This document shows, piece by piece, positions 10,276-19,692 of a DNA stretch of 64,000 nucleotides. Source of the stretch: an uncultured Acidobacteriota bacterium. GTDB taxonomy: Bacteria > Acidobacteriota > Thermoanaerobaculia > Multivoradales > JAHEKO01. Both the position numbers and the translations under genes were made by a program. Position 1 is the stretch's first letter; each line of letters starts with the position of its first letter. A model generated the notes under the pieces. It did no database searches, was not told the origin of the DNA, and saw nothing but the letters and a program-made list of their open reading frames with translations. The DNA is taken from assembly GCA_963713825.1 (NCBI GenBank), contig CAVQNG010000004.1:64001-128000 (forward strand), given 5' to 3'.

Positions 10276-11231
10276 CCCGTTTCACCCAAGATTTCAATGA
10301 GTTTCTCAGCTCTGGAGGCCTTGTCCAGGCTCAGGGCCTTGACCCCAGGGGCGATGCGGCGAATCAAGCCCGTCAGGACGGTGCCCGGGCCGACCTCGAC
10401 GAACAGGTCGATCCTACCCTGCTCCACCATCCACTGGATCGACTCCACCCAGCGCACCGGCCCATCCACCTGACGTTTGAGGGCGTCTCGCGCCGCGGCT
10501 CCGGCCGACACCGGAACTGCGTCGATGTTGCACACGACCGGCATCCTGGGGTCTTCAAAGTCCGTCGCATCGAGCTGCGGCTCCAGGCCCGCTCTGGCTG
10601 GCCTCATCAGCGGGGAATGAAACGGTGCCGAGACCGGCAAGAGAATCGCCCGCCGCGCTCCGCTTGCCTTGGCCAACCGGATGGCCTCCTCGACTGCCGA
10701 CCGTGAGCCGGCCAGTACCGTCTGGCTCGGAGCGTTGAAGTTCGCCACAACGCAGACCTCGTCGCCAGCGGCTGCGGCGGCAATCGCAGTCACCGAATCG
10801 GCTTCCAGGCCCAGAACCGCAGCCATCGCGCCTTGCCCGACGGGGACCGCCTGCTGCATCAGCTCGCCCCGACGACGGACAAGCCGCAGCGCGTCTTCGA
10901 AAGTCAGCGTTCCGGCCGCGACGTGAGCCGAGTATTCGCCAAGGCTGTGACCGGCCATCATGACCGGCTCGATGGGTAGATCCGATATCGCTTCGAGAGT
11001 CGCCACCGAAGTCGCCAGGATCGCCGGCTGCGTGTTGGCCGTCAGCTGCAACTCTTCCTCCGGCCCTTCCCAACAGAGTTGCTTGAGCTCCACCCCGAGG
11101 GCCTTGTCGGCTCGATCGAAGACCGCCTCTGTCTCTGGGCGAGCCTCGACCCAGGTCCGCCCCATACCGACGAACTGCGACCCCTGACCGGGGAAAACGA
11201 AAGCTACGCGCAGGTCTGATGTCTTTGTCAT
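10272..11231 (-). CDS. fabD: Malonyl-CoA:ACP transacylase
   Basis: FPGQGSQ, GHSLGEY and VSAPFHS motifs. Confidence 0.97.
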   Translation of the reverse strand: MTKTSDLRVAFVFPGQGSQFVGMGRTWVEARPETEAVFDRADKALGVELKQLCWEGPEEELQLTANTQPAILATSVATLEAISDLPIEPVMMAGHSLGEYSAHVAAGTLTFEDALRLVRRRGELMQQAVPVGQGAMAAVLGLEADSVTAIAAAAAGDEVCVVANFNAPSQTVLAGSRSAVEEAIRLAKASGARRAILLPVSAPFHSPLMRPARAGLEPQLDATDFEDPRMPVVCNIDAVPVSAGAAARDALKRQVDGPVRWVESIQWMVEQGRIDLFVEVGPGTVLTGLIRRIAPGVKALSLDKASRAEKLIEILGETG

Positions 11232-11298
11232 GAATTGAGTCTCGACTCACGCTTCACGGGCGCTCGCGCTGCGGCACCCGATCAGCGTACGGTCTCGC

Positions 11299-12345
11299 TT
11301 AGGTGGCAGAGATCTCCTCGAGCAGGCGAGCATCGAGCAGGCGCTTCTCCTGGCTGTGGAGCTCGGCGACCCGATCGCGGATCTTGTTGTGGAGGTCGGC
11401 TTCACAGAATTCCACCGCGCGGCGAATCGAATTGCGGATCGCTCGCGGATTGGAACGACCATGTCCAATGAAGCACCCAGCCTCGACACCCAGAAGCGGG
11501 GCGGCACCGTACTCACGATAGTCGACGCGCCGCCGAAAGCTCTCAAAGGCAGGGCGGGCGAGGCTAAAGCCCAATCGGGAGCGCCACGTCTTCGACAGCT
11601 CGTCCTTCATCATTCCAGACATCAGGCCGACCAGGGACTCGGCACTCTTCAAGAGGACGTTGCCGACGAACCCATCGCAGACGATCACATCGACGGAGCC
11701 GCGAAAGACATCCCGACCCTCCACATTACCCACGAAGTTGAAGCCCGTGGCCTTCATCTCGTTGAAGACCGCCTTGGTCAGATCGCTGCCCTTGCCCTCC
11801 TCTTCTCCGATCGACATCAAGCCGACGCGAGGCGAAGCGGTTCCCAGAATCTCCTGGGCATAGAAATGTCCCATGACCGCGAATTGCCGCAGATGCTCGG
11901 GCTTGCTGTCGATGTTAGCGCCGACATCCAGTACCACGGTGCCGCCGCGGGGGCTGGGAAAGACGGTCGCCAGAGCAGGCCGGTCGACACCCTTGATGGC
12001 CCCAATAACGGTCTTGGCAACGATCAACGACGCGCCCGTGTTGCCGGCCGAAACCATCGCCTGGGCCCGCCCCTCCTTGACCTGCTCGCCACAGATTCGA
12101 ATGGACGATCGTTTCTTCTTGCGTAAGGGGGTAATCGGAGGTTCGTCCATGCCGACGACCTCTTCGGCGGGCACGATCTCGATGTTCGGCAGAGGCCTAC
12201 CTTGCTTGGCCAGCTGCGCCTCCAGAATCGACTCCTCTCCCACCAACAGAATGGAGGTCCCGTCTTCCGTGGCGGCCTGATAGGCCCCGGCAACGACTGC
12301 GTTGGGGGCGAAATCACCGCCCATAGCATCGACGGCAATTCGCAT
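11299..12345 (-). CDS. plsX: Phosphate acyltransferase
   Basis: MRIAVDAMGGD, SAGNTGA, LDVGAN, GNVEGRD, DGFVGN and HGRS motifs. Start ATG 12345. Confidence 0.97.
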   Translation of the reverse strand: MRIAVDAMGGDFAPNAVVAGAYQAATEDGTSILLVGEESILEAQLAKQGRPLPNIEIVPAEEVVGMDEPPITPLRKKKRSSIRICGEQVKEGRAQAMVSAGNTGASLIVAKTVIGAIKGVDRPALATVFPSPRGGTVVLDVGANIDSKPEHLRQFAVMGHFYAQEILGTASPRVGLMSIGEEEGKGSDLTKAVFNEMKATGFNFVGNVEGRDVFRGSVDVIVCDGFVGNVLLKSAESLVGLMSGMMKDELSKTWRSRLGFSLARPAFESFRRRVDYREYGAAPLLGVEAGCFIGHGRSNPRAIRNSIRRAVEFCEADLHNKIRDRVAELHSQEKRLLDARLLEEISAT

Positions 12346-12468
12346 TGTCTGCCCTTTGGCTTCAGCTCCCACCGAAACCGACCTTCGGCGTCGCTCGACC
12401 GATCAGACCCAAGCGCTGTCGGACGGCGGACCTTGCTGTGGAGATCGGCGGGGGAATCTTAGCAGAGA

Positions 12469-12654
12469 CTACAACGATTCCTTGGGCTCGAAGACCTCCC
12501 GCCCCTTGTAGTGCCCACAGTGAGAGCAGGCACGGTGCGGAAGCTTGACCTCGCCACAGTTCGGGCAGAGGGAAGTGGCTGGCCGGTCCAGACTGTCATG
12601 AGTCCGTCGGCGGTCTCGCCTGGCCTTGGAATGTCGTCGTTTGGGATTTGCCAT
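12469..12654 (-). CDS. rpmF: 50S ribosomal protein L32 (four-Cys zinc-ribbon form)
   Basis: [17 protein letters not shown]...CPNC...[14 protein letters not shown]. Start ATG 12654. Confidence 0.97.
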   Translation of the reverse strand: MANPKRRHSKARRDRRRTHDSLDRPATSLCPNCGEVKLPHRACSHCGHYKGREVFEPKESL

Positions 12655-12701
12655 GACTCGTTCAACCTCGTACTTAGGATGTAGCGCTATCCAACTGGGA
12701 A

Positions 12702-13220
12702 CTACTCGTTCCGCAGGCTCTTCAACGCCTCCCATCGCGGATCCACCTCGACCTGATCACAGTCACACGGCTTGTTATTGCGATTCGCGCCGCAGGTCGG
12801 GCAGAGTCCCTGACAGCTCTCGCTGCACAGGCTTCGCATGGGTATATTCAACTGTAGCTGCTCTCGCACTAGCCGCAGCGTGTCAATCTCCTCACCGTCA
12901 ACGTAGACCGTTTCCAAATCATCCTCGGTCAGCTCGATTTCACCCTCTACGGCAGCGGGTGAGGCCGTCACCAATCGGAGCCGAACCTCGCTCTCGACAG
13001 GCAGCACCAATGGCTCCAGGCACCGACTGCAACTCACCGTCTGGTCATACTCGAGACGACCCTCGAGCCGGAAGACCGAGTCTTCGCGTTCAACCCGCCC
13101 TTCCCAGAGGATCTCGCCAAGCCCTAGCAGCTCGGGGCGTTCGAGGGTATCGGCATTGACGGTGAGCTGCTGGCGCCAAACAAACGGCTCGTCCCCTATT
13201 TTGTCTAGAGGAATTCGCAT
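12702..13220 (-). CDS. yceD: DUF177/YceD family protein
   Basis: [21 protein letters not shown] and DPRW motifs; canonical position upstream of rpmF. Confidence 0.92.
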   Translation of the reverse strand: MRIPLDKIGDEPFVWRQQLTVNADTLERPELLGLGEILWEGRVEREDSVFRLEGRLEYDQTVSCSRCLEPLVLPVESEVRLRLVTASPAAVEGEIELTEDDLETVYVDGEEIDTLRLVREQLQLNIPMRSLCSESCQGLCPTCGANRNNKPCDCDQVEVDPRWEALKSLRNE

Positions 13221-13287
13221 CTCTCGAACCCTTCGAAAACGAGCCCTTCAGGCCGACGGGTGAGGCTACGGGATTCGACCAGATCTG

Positions 13288-14544
13288 TCAATCGGCGCCC
13301 TGCCTCTCCAGCCGCATGTCGAGACGGGGTGGCAGGCCCCCGATCTGCAGGCTCAGAGATCCCGACTGGTCGAGAGAGGCCAGGGATCGGGCCGCCATAG
13401 TCCACTGGCGGATCTGTTCCGTCGCTGGCAAGGGCAGAGAGGTCAAAGTATCCACCACCCCATCCAGGGCTCCCTGAGCCGCGGCCAGATCCAGCCAGAT
13501 GCCAAGATTCAGAGGCGCCTCATCCACCGATTCGAGCAGTTCCGAGAGTGAGGACAGCTGACCTGCCACCGCGTCAACAGCGGCTTCATCGTACCCGGCA
13601 AGAGACCAACCATCGTGGGTACCCTCGGAGACTTCAAACCCCAGCCCGGACAACAGTCTCTCGCCTGGCAGCTGCCATCGCTCACCGACGCCCCGATGGG
13701 CGACCACCGAACGAGCGATCTGCTCCCCTGCCCCCCCGACGTCCGATAGCAAGACGAACGTCTCGATGACCGCATTCGGAGGCGATTGCGAGCCGATCGA
13801 AGCTGCCACCAAGGCCAACTCCGAGGGCAGCTTGGCACGGGGTCGAGCGTCGGAAGCCCGCATGGCTTCAGGCTCGGCGCTGACAATCCGCCAACCCCTG
13901 GCTTCGACATCCACCCGGTAGAGGCCTTCCGGGACGGGTCCGAGAGACCGTTCCAAACTCAGGAGGGAGTGGGTTGGCTCCAAATCGGGTACCGGAAGCG
14001 TCTGGAGCTCCGCAACCTCTCCCAGGGCTGCTATCCACATTCCGTCCCGCCATTCCACCTCCACGGTCTTCCCGTCGAGCTCGACCGGTCCCCCAGCCAA
14101 CCATGCATTGCCGGCCAACTTTCCAGCCAGCCTCGCCAGACCCGCCACAGCGGGATACACGGTGGCTCCCACGACGATGCGGCTGCCGTCCGTGCTTCCA
14201 GCTACGACGAGATCTCTCGCCGGTGGCATACGAAATGGGCCGAAGGAAGGCAGGGCGGCCAGGTCTCGAGACATCAGGTAGGAGGAAACCTCGGAGAGTC
14301 CTTCCAGATCGCCGATCGCATGCTCGAGGGCGGCCAGGTTCTGGTGAGGAAAAGGAATCCAAACGCGCAGTGGGAGATCGCGAGCACCGAAGAACAGCTG
14401 ACTCGTCGGGGCCTCGACTGCCGGACTTCCCACTCGGGCACGAGGCGCATACCAGTAGTACGCGTGGCTGACGAGAGCAACGATCAGGAGGGCCACTCCT
14501 CCCAGTCCCAGCGAGAATTTGGTAGTCCGGTTCATCGACGTCAC
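13288..14544 (-). CDS. Hypothetical membrane-anchored/exported protein
   Basis: 418-aa ORF with one N-terminal hydrophobic segment that fills the gap between yceD and the GT cluster. No family recognised. Confidence 0.7.
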   Translation of the reverse strand: MTSMNRTTKFSLGLGGVALLIVALVSHAYYWYAPRARVGSPAVEAPTSQLFFGARDLPLRVWIPFPHQNLAALEHAIGDLEGLSEVSSYLMSRDLAALPSFGPFRMPPARDLVVAGSTDGSRIVVGATVYPAVAGLARLAGKLAGNAWLAGGPVELDGKTVEVEWRDGMWIAALGEVAELQTLPVPDLEPTHSLLSLERSLGPVPEGLYRVDVEARGWRIVSAEPEAMRASDARPRAKLPSELALVAASIGSQSPPNAVIETFVLLSDVGGAGEQIARSVVAHRGVGERWQLPGERLLSGLGFEVSEGTHDGWSLAGYDEAAVDAVAGQLSSLSELLESVDEAPLNLGIWLDLAAAQGALDGVVDTLTSLPLPATEQIRQWTMAARSLASLDQSGSLSLQIGGLPPRLDMRLERQGAD

Positions 14545-14639
14545 CTTCGATTGAAGACTCTACAGGCTCATGTAGGATTCATGCGCGAGGGAGAGATCAC
14601 CATCAACCCGCACCCTGGAGCCAACTCTCCTACTCCATC

Positions 14640-16043
14640 ATGGCCAGCTCTCGAGACCAGGAACACGACGCGGCCGATCAGTCCATGTCTTTCGGGCGAC
14701 GGGCGCGCCGCAGCCTGGCGCGCCGTTTTCCCCGGGCCCGGCACGTCTATCATTCCGTGCTCGACACGGCCAAGCGACTGCGAAGTGTACCTCGTCAGAG
14801 TGTCGCCGCCCGACGATTCTTGAGGACATGCAGGGATACGGCACGGCAACGCCAGGATGACTCTCGGCTGACAGTGGGCGTCGATATCAGCCCACTGTGG
14901 GAGCCACTGACGGGGGTTGGCTGGTATCTCTACCGACTGTTGGAGCATTTGGCTGACCGCGACGACGTGAGGATTCGGCTCTATCCGCCGACCATCTTTC
15001 TGAGCCACCAATTCCCCCATGGAGACCCCTTGGTTGAGCTGCCATCCGGACCCGCTTTGGAGGTGGTCGCCTACGATCTACCCGATGTCCTGGCTGTGGA
15101 CCACATTGCGGTGAATTTCGTGCGCCGATGGGAAGCAGATCTCGTCCGCCGAGACCACAACCAGGTTCTCTTCGCGCCGAATTACTTCCTACCCAGGCTC
15201 TTCAACAGGGTGCCGGGAGCGCTGGTGGCGACCATTCACGACCTGGGCTTCCGGAAAGTGCCATGGACTTTGCGCGAAGAAACCCTGAGTAGCCTCGCCG
15301 AGCGGCTGGACAAGACCCTCACCAGTGCGGCGTTGCTCATCACGGTCAGCAACACCGTGAGCGATGAGCTGGTCTCATTCGGATACGCACCTCGGGATCA
15401 GATCCGCGTCGTGCATCACGGAGCCGGCCTTCTAGAGGGCATTGCAGCCGGCGCGCTGCCCTCCGGAGTCGCTGCACCGTTCGGCCTTCACGTCGGTACC
15501 CTGGAGCCACGGAAGAATGTCTCCTCACTACTAGCCTGTTGGCGCCTGCTTCGCGACCAGGTACCGGACCTTCCGCCTCTGGTCCTCTGTGGCCGGTTCG
15601 GCTGGAAATCCCAAGATCTCGAAGCCGAGGTCGCGGCAGCCGAAGAAGAGGGGTGGCTACTGCATCTGGGCTATGTACCGGAGGACGAGCTCGCCCGGCT
15701 CTATGCCGAGGCGTTCGTTGTTGTCTTCCCCACTCTGTACGAGGGGTTTGGCCTTCCTGCCGTGGAGGCCATGGCAGCTCGAACTCCCCTGGTCTGTTCC
15801 GACATACCTGTGCTGCACGAGGTAGCAGGCGAGGCCGCTCTCTTCGCGTCGCCGGAGCAGCCCGAAGCAATGGCTCGCCAGGTCCGGAAGGTGCTTACCG
15901 ACGACACCTTGAGAAGGGAATTGATATCTCGAGGCACGGCAAGGCTTGAGGACTTCGACTGGAACAAGACCGCAGAAGAGACCCTCGCTGTCTGGCGGCA
16001 GGCCGCATCGTCAGAGAATCCATCGACCGACAAGGTCGGATGA
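14640..16043 (+). CDS. Glycosyltransferase family 4
   Basis: TIHDL, VGTLEPRKN and YEGFGLPAVEAMA (EX7E) motifs. Basic N-terminal extension; start uncertain. Confidence 0.92.
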   Translation: MASSRDQEHDAADQSMSFGRRARRSLARRFPRARHVYHSVLDTAKRLRSVPRQSVAARRFLRTCRDTARQRQDDSRLTVGVDISPLWEPLTGVGWYLYRLLEHLADRDDVRIRLYPPTIFLSHQFPHGDPLVELPSGPALEVVAYDLPDVLAVDHIAVNFVRRWEADLVRRDHNQVLFAPNYFLPRLFNRVPGALVATIHDLGFRKVPWTLREETLSSLAERLDKTLTSAALLITVSNTVSDELVSFGYAPRDQIRVVHHGAGLLEGIAAGALPSGVAAPFGLHVGTLEPRKNVSSLLACWRLLRDQVPDLPPLVLCGRFGWKSQDLEAEVAAAEEEGWLLHLGYVPEDELARLYAEAFVVVFPTLYEGFGLPAVEAMAARTPLVCSDIPVLHEVAGEAALFASPEQPEAMARQVRKVLTDDTLRRELISRGTARLEDFDWNKTAEETLAVWRQAASSENPSTDKVG

Positions 16044-16058
16044 ACCAGGAGCCCTCGC

Positions 16059-17207
16059 GTGCCAGTGCCAGAATCCAAGCCGACCATCGCGGTGGACACC
16101 AGGTCCCTGGTGGGACCTCCTTCGGGAATCGGCGTCTACACCCTTTCCATGCTGAAGGCTCTTGCCGCTCGAGGCACTTTGCGGTGGATCGGTCTGGCCC
16201 ATCGCGACCTGTCCTGCGCCGTGGAGCTCGGGCAGGCAGGTGTCGAGCTCGAAGCCCAGGCCGCCCCCTTTGGCGTCTGGTGGCAACAGCGGACCCTGCC
16301 CCACCGACTGGCCGCCTCCGACATCGACCTGTTCTGGTCGCCGCTCCTGACCCTGCCAGTGCGCAATCCAGTCCCGGGAGTCGTGACGATTCACGACCTA
16401 TCACCCCTGGTCCTGCCCGCGGCACACCGGCTGAAAGTACGTTTGAGCTTCCTGCCGTTCCTCGCTTCCACGGTTCGCCAGGCGCGGCGCATAGTCGTCG
16501 ACTCGGTCGCAACCGCCAACGACGTCAAACGTCACTTTCCAACCTGTAGCGATCGAGTTCAGGTCGTCTACCCCGGGATCGACCCGGTCTTCGCGCCAGG
16601 GAACGCCCCAGACATCGCTCGAACGAGGCAGGAGCTGGGCTGCCCTGAGGGCTATCTCCTCTTCTCCGGAACGCTGGAACCCCGCAAGAACCTCGCGACG
16701 CTGCTCGACGCATGGGAAGCGCTGCGCAACACCTCTTCGGAGTCGTTACCTCTCGTCATCACGGGACCCTATGGGTGGAAAAGCAGAAGTCTGGCTTCTC
16801 GAATGGAAAAGCTGAGGCCTCTAGGCCTCCACAATCTCGGCCGGCTGCCCCGTGAGCGCCAGGTACAGGTGATGCAAGCGGCCTCCATTTTCGTCTATCC
16901 CTCGCTCTATGAAGGCTTTGGGCTACCCCCAGCCGAGGCCATGGCGTGCGGCATACCCACGATCGTCTCGAATCGATCGAGTCTGCCAGAAGTGGTGGGC
17001 GACGCCGGAGTGCAGATCGATCCCGACGACGGTCGACAATTACAGCAGGCCATCGCCGCAATCGCCAGTGATCCAGCGCTGAGTAGCGACCTCGCTGAGC
17101 GGGGACGACAGAGATCCCAGCGGTTCACCTGGTCGCGGGCAGCAGCCGAAATAGAGGAGATCTTTCTCGAGATCCTGGCTGCCGACGGCAGGCTGGCTCC
17201 GAGGTAG
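16059..17207 (+). CDS. Glycosyltransferase family 4
   Basis: GIGVY, VTIHDL, GTLEPRKN and YEGFGLPPAEAMACG motifs. Confidence 0.93.
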   Translation: MPVPESKPTIAVDTRSLVGPPSGIGVYTLSMLKALAARGTLRWIGLAHRDLSCAVELGQAGVELEAQAAPFGVWWQQRTLPHRLAASDIDLFWSPLLTLPVRNPVPGVVTIHDLSPLVLPAAHRLKVRLSFLPFLASTVRQARRIVVDSVATANDVKRHFPTCSDRVQVVYPGIDPVFAPGNAPDIARTRQELGCPEGYLLFSGTLEPRKNLATLLDAWEALRNTSSESLPLVITGPYGWKSRSLASRMEKLRPLGLHNLGRLPRERQVQVMQAASIFVYPSLYEGFGLPPAEAMACGIPTIVSNRSSLPEVVGDAGVQIDPDDGRQLQQAIAAIASDPALSSDLAERGRQRSQRFTWSRAAAEIEEIFLEILAADGRLAPR

Positions 17208-17310
17208 AAAAGGCAGGCTAGAATAGCTGCGGGGGGACCGTCAGCGATCTCCGGACAGGCTGGCCGGGAACTCGACCAACAGCAGCTAGAGGTATTTCTG
17301 GAGCCCTTTT

Positions 17311-18474
17311 TTGAGCTACAACATCGGCATCGATGCTCGGAAGATCGCCGATTTCGGTATTGGGACCTACATCCGGAATCTGGTGCAGTCGCTGGGTGAG
17401 TTGGACCAGGAGAATCAGTACGTCCTGTTCTTGGGGCTGCAGAACCGCGACGCTTTCGAGCCCCTGCCCGAGAACTTTCGCGTCGTCATAGAACGTTCGC
17501 CGTCCTACTCTGCCAGGGAGCTCGTATCTCTATCCTGGCGGCTCTTCCAGCTTCGGTTGGACCTCTACCACTCGACCCATTACGTGCTGCCGGCCATCGT
17601 GCCCTGTAAGGCAGTCGTTACGATCCACGACATCATTCACCTGTTGTATCCAGAGTTTCTGCCCAGCCCGTTGGCGTTCTTCTACGCTCAGAGAATGATC
17701 CGGCGCAGCCTGTCGAGGGGCGATCGCATCATCGCCGACTCGCAGAACACCAAGACGGACCTCATGGAGTATTTCGACGTCGATGGCCGGAAAATTCGAG
17801 TCGTCTACCCCGGTGTTGCCGAGACCTTTCGAACCAAGGTTCCCCGCCAGCAACTGGAACAGACCCTGGCGGAGTTCGAAATCGACCGGCCCTACGTGCT
17901 GTTCGTCGGCAACCCGAAACCACACAAGAACCTGGACAACGTCATCAAGGCCTACGCTCGAGCGTTGGAGATCCACCCATTCGATGCCGATCTGGTTTGC
18001 GTCGGTGACCGCAGCGCGATCGAGTTCAAGGTCAGGCAAAGGGCCTCGCAACTGGGCCTTTCAGACCGACTCAAGCTCCTGGGCCATGTCGATGACGAGG
18101 TGCTTCCCGCTCTCTACCAGGGAGCGACTCTCTTTCTCTTCCCGACCCTGTACGAGGGATTCGGACTTCCCGTGGTCGAAGCCATGGCTTCGGGAGTCCC
18201 CGTTGTCACTTCGAACACGTCCTCTCTGAAGGAGGTCGCTGAAGGGTATGCCCATCTAGTCAACCCGCTGGATACGGAAGAGATCGCCAAGGCGATCGCG
18301 CAATGCATGGCGGATCAGGACCACCGCGACGCACTCGTCAAGCTGGGCCTGCGCCGAGCCGAGGATTTCCGCTGGACTCGAACTGCCGAGCAGACACTGG
18401 ACGTCTACAACAGTGCTCTTCGACAGGGTGGTAAGAAGGGCAAGACGACCTCAGGCGCCAGGGATCGTTCATGA
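17311..18474 (+). CDS. Glycosyltransferase family 4
   Basis: IGIDAR, GIGTY, VTIHD, PHKN and YEGFGLPVVEAMASG motifs. Confidence 0.93.
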   Translation: MSYNIGIDARKIADFGIGTYIRNLVQSLGELDQENQYVLFLGLQNRDAFEPLPENFRVVIERSPSYSARELVSLSWRLFQLRLDLYHSTHYVLPAIVPCKAVVTIHDIIHLLYPEFLPSPLAFFYAQRMIRRSLSRGDRIIADSQNTKTDLMEYFDVDGRKIRVVYPGVAETFRTKVPRQQLEQTLAEFEIDRPYVLFVGNPKPHKNLDNVIKAYARALEIHPFDADLVCVGDRSAIEFKVRQRASQLGLSDRLKLLGHVDDEVLPALYQGATLFLFPTLYEGFGLPVVEAMASGVPVVTSNTSSLKEVAEGYAHLVNPLDTEEIAKAIAQCMADQDHRDALVKLGLRRAEDFRWTRTAEQTLDVYNSALRQGGKKGKTTSGARDRS

Positions 18475-19589
18475 GTACCCCACCGACACCACGGACCGCT
18501 CTCGTCCATGATTGGTTGACGGGAATGCGGGGGGGCGAGAAGGTACTCGAATCGATTGCCGACCTTTTCCCGGCAGCGCCCATCTACACCCTGTTCCATT
18601 TTCCCGGCACCGTCAGCACGTCCCTGGAGAAGCACCCGATTCATACGAGCTTCCTGCAGTCCTATCCAGGAACCAGCACTCACTACCGGCGATACCTGCC
18701 CCTATTCCCCGCAGCGATCGAGGACTTCGACTTCACGGACTATGAGCTGTTGATCAGCACCAGTCACTGCGTTGCCAAAGGCGCTCGCCCCTCGCCTGGC
18801 GCCTATCACATCTGCTACTGCCACACACCCATGCGCTACGCCTGGGACCAGGAGCACACCTACTTCCCGCAGCGCACGGGTCTCGTGGCTCGACTTCGAA
18901 ATATGGCCTTGACTCGGCTGCGAAACTGGGACGTGACGACCGTCGGCCGGGTCGATCTTTTTCTCGCCAACTCCAATTTCGTCGCCGACCGGATCGAGCG
19001 TTACTACGGCCGAGAAGCCGAGGTCCTACCGCCGCCGGTCGACACCGAGTTCTTCGTACCCAAGGAGGCGGCGCCAGGCCAGTACGCCATCATCGTCTCG
19101 GCTCTGGCGCCCTACAAGCGGATCGAGGTCGCGATCGCAGCTTGCGAAAACCTGGGGCTCGAACTCAGGATCGTCGGCACCGGCCCGGAGCAGGAGCGGC
19201 TGTCCCGTCTGGCGGGCACCACGACCAAGCTGCTGGGATTCCTGCCACCGGAGTCCCTTCGAGCGCAATTGCAGGGCGCCCTGTGCTTCCTGCAGCCTGG
19301 CGTCGAGGACTTCGGGATCTCGAGCGTCGAGGCGCTCGCGTCAGGCTGTCCCGTGGTGGCCTTGGGACGCGGTGGGATTCAGGATATCGTTAGGGATGGC
19401 GAGCACGGAGTGCTCTATCAGGGAGAGGGGGACTCTCGAGCCTTGGCCTCAGCGATTGACAAATGTCGCAAAATTGGCTTCAATAAATTGAATCTAAAAA
19501 GCCGCGCGGAAGATTTCTCCAGCGCGAGCTTCGAGGCCCGGTTTCGATCGATCCTGGAGACGACGATCTCTGGTTGGGATCTACCGTGA
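18471..19589 (+). CDS. Glycosyltransferase family 4 (WbaZ-like)
   Basis: HDWLTGMRGGEKV, YCHTPMRYAWD and EDFGISSVEALASG motifs. Confidence 0.93.
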   Translation: MSTPPTPRTALVHDWLTGMRGGEKVLESIADLFPAAPIYTLFHFPGTVSTSLEKHPIHTSFLQSYPGTSTHYRRYLPLFPAAIEDFDFTDYELLISTSHCVAKGARPSPGAYHICYCHTPMRYAWDQEHTYFPQRTGLVARLRNMALTRLRNWDVTTVGRVDLFLANSNFVADRIERYYGREAEVLPPPVDTEFFVPKEAAPGQYAIIVSALAPYKRIEVAIAACENLGLELRIVGTGPEQERLSRLAGTTTKLLGFLPPESLRAQLQGALCFLQPGVEDFGISSVEALASGCPVVALGRGGIQDIVRDGEHGVLYQGEGDSRALASAIDKCRKIGFNKLNLKSRAEDFSSASFEARFRSILETTISGWDLP

Positions 19590-19692
19590 ATCCTCAGAGC
19601 ATCGACAAAGCACATTCACTGTTTTCAGACCCACCCGAGGGTGGGCTCAGGCGTGCACCGGTAGGTTCACAACGACTGAGAGGGTTGAGCAA

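Noticed and set aside
19630-19645. Hairpin cccacc-cgag-ggtggg before the priming glycosyltransferase as an ops/JUMPstart element or terminator
   Set aside because: No GGCGGTAG ops sequence and no U-tract; a short GC stem alone is not enough.
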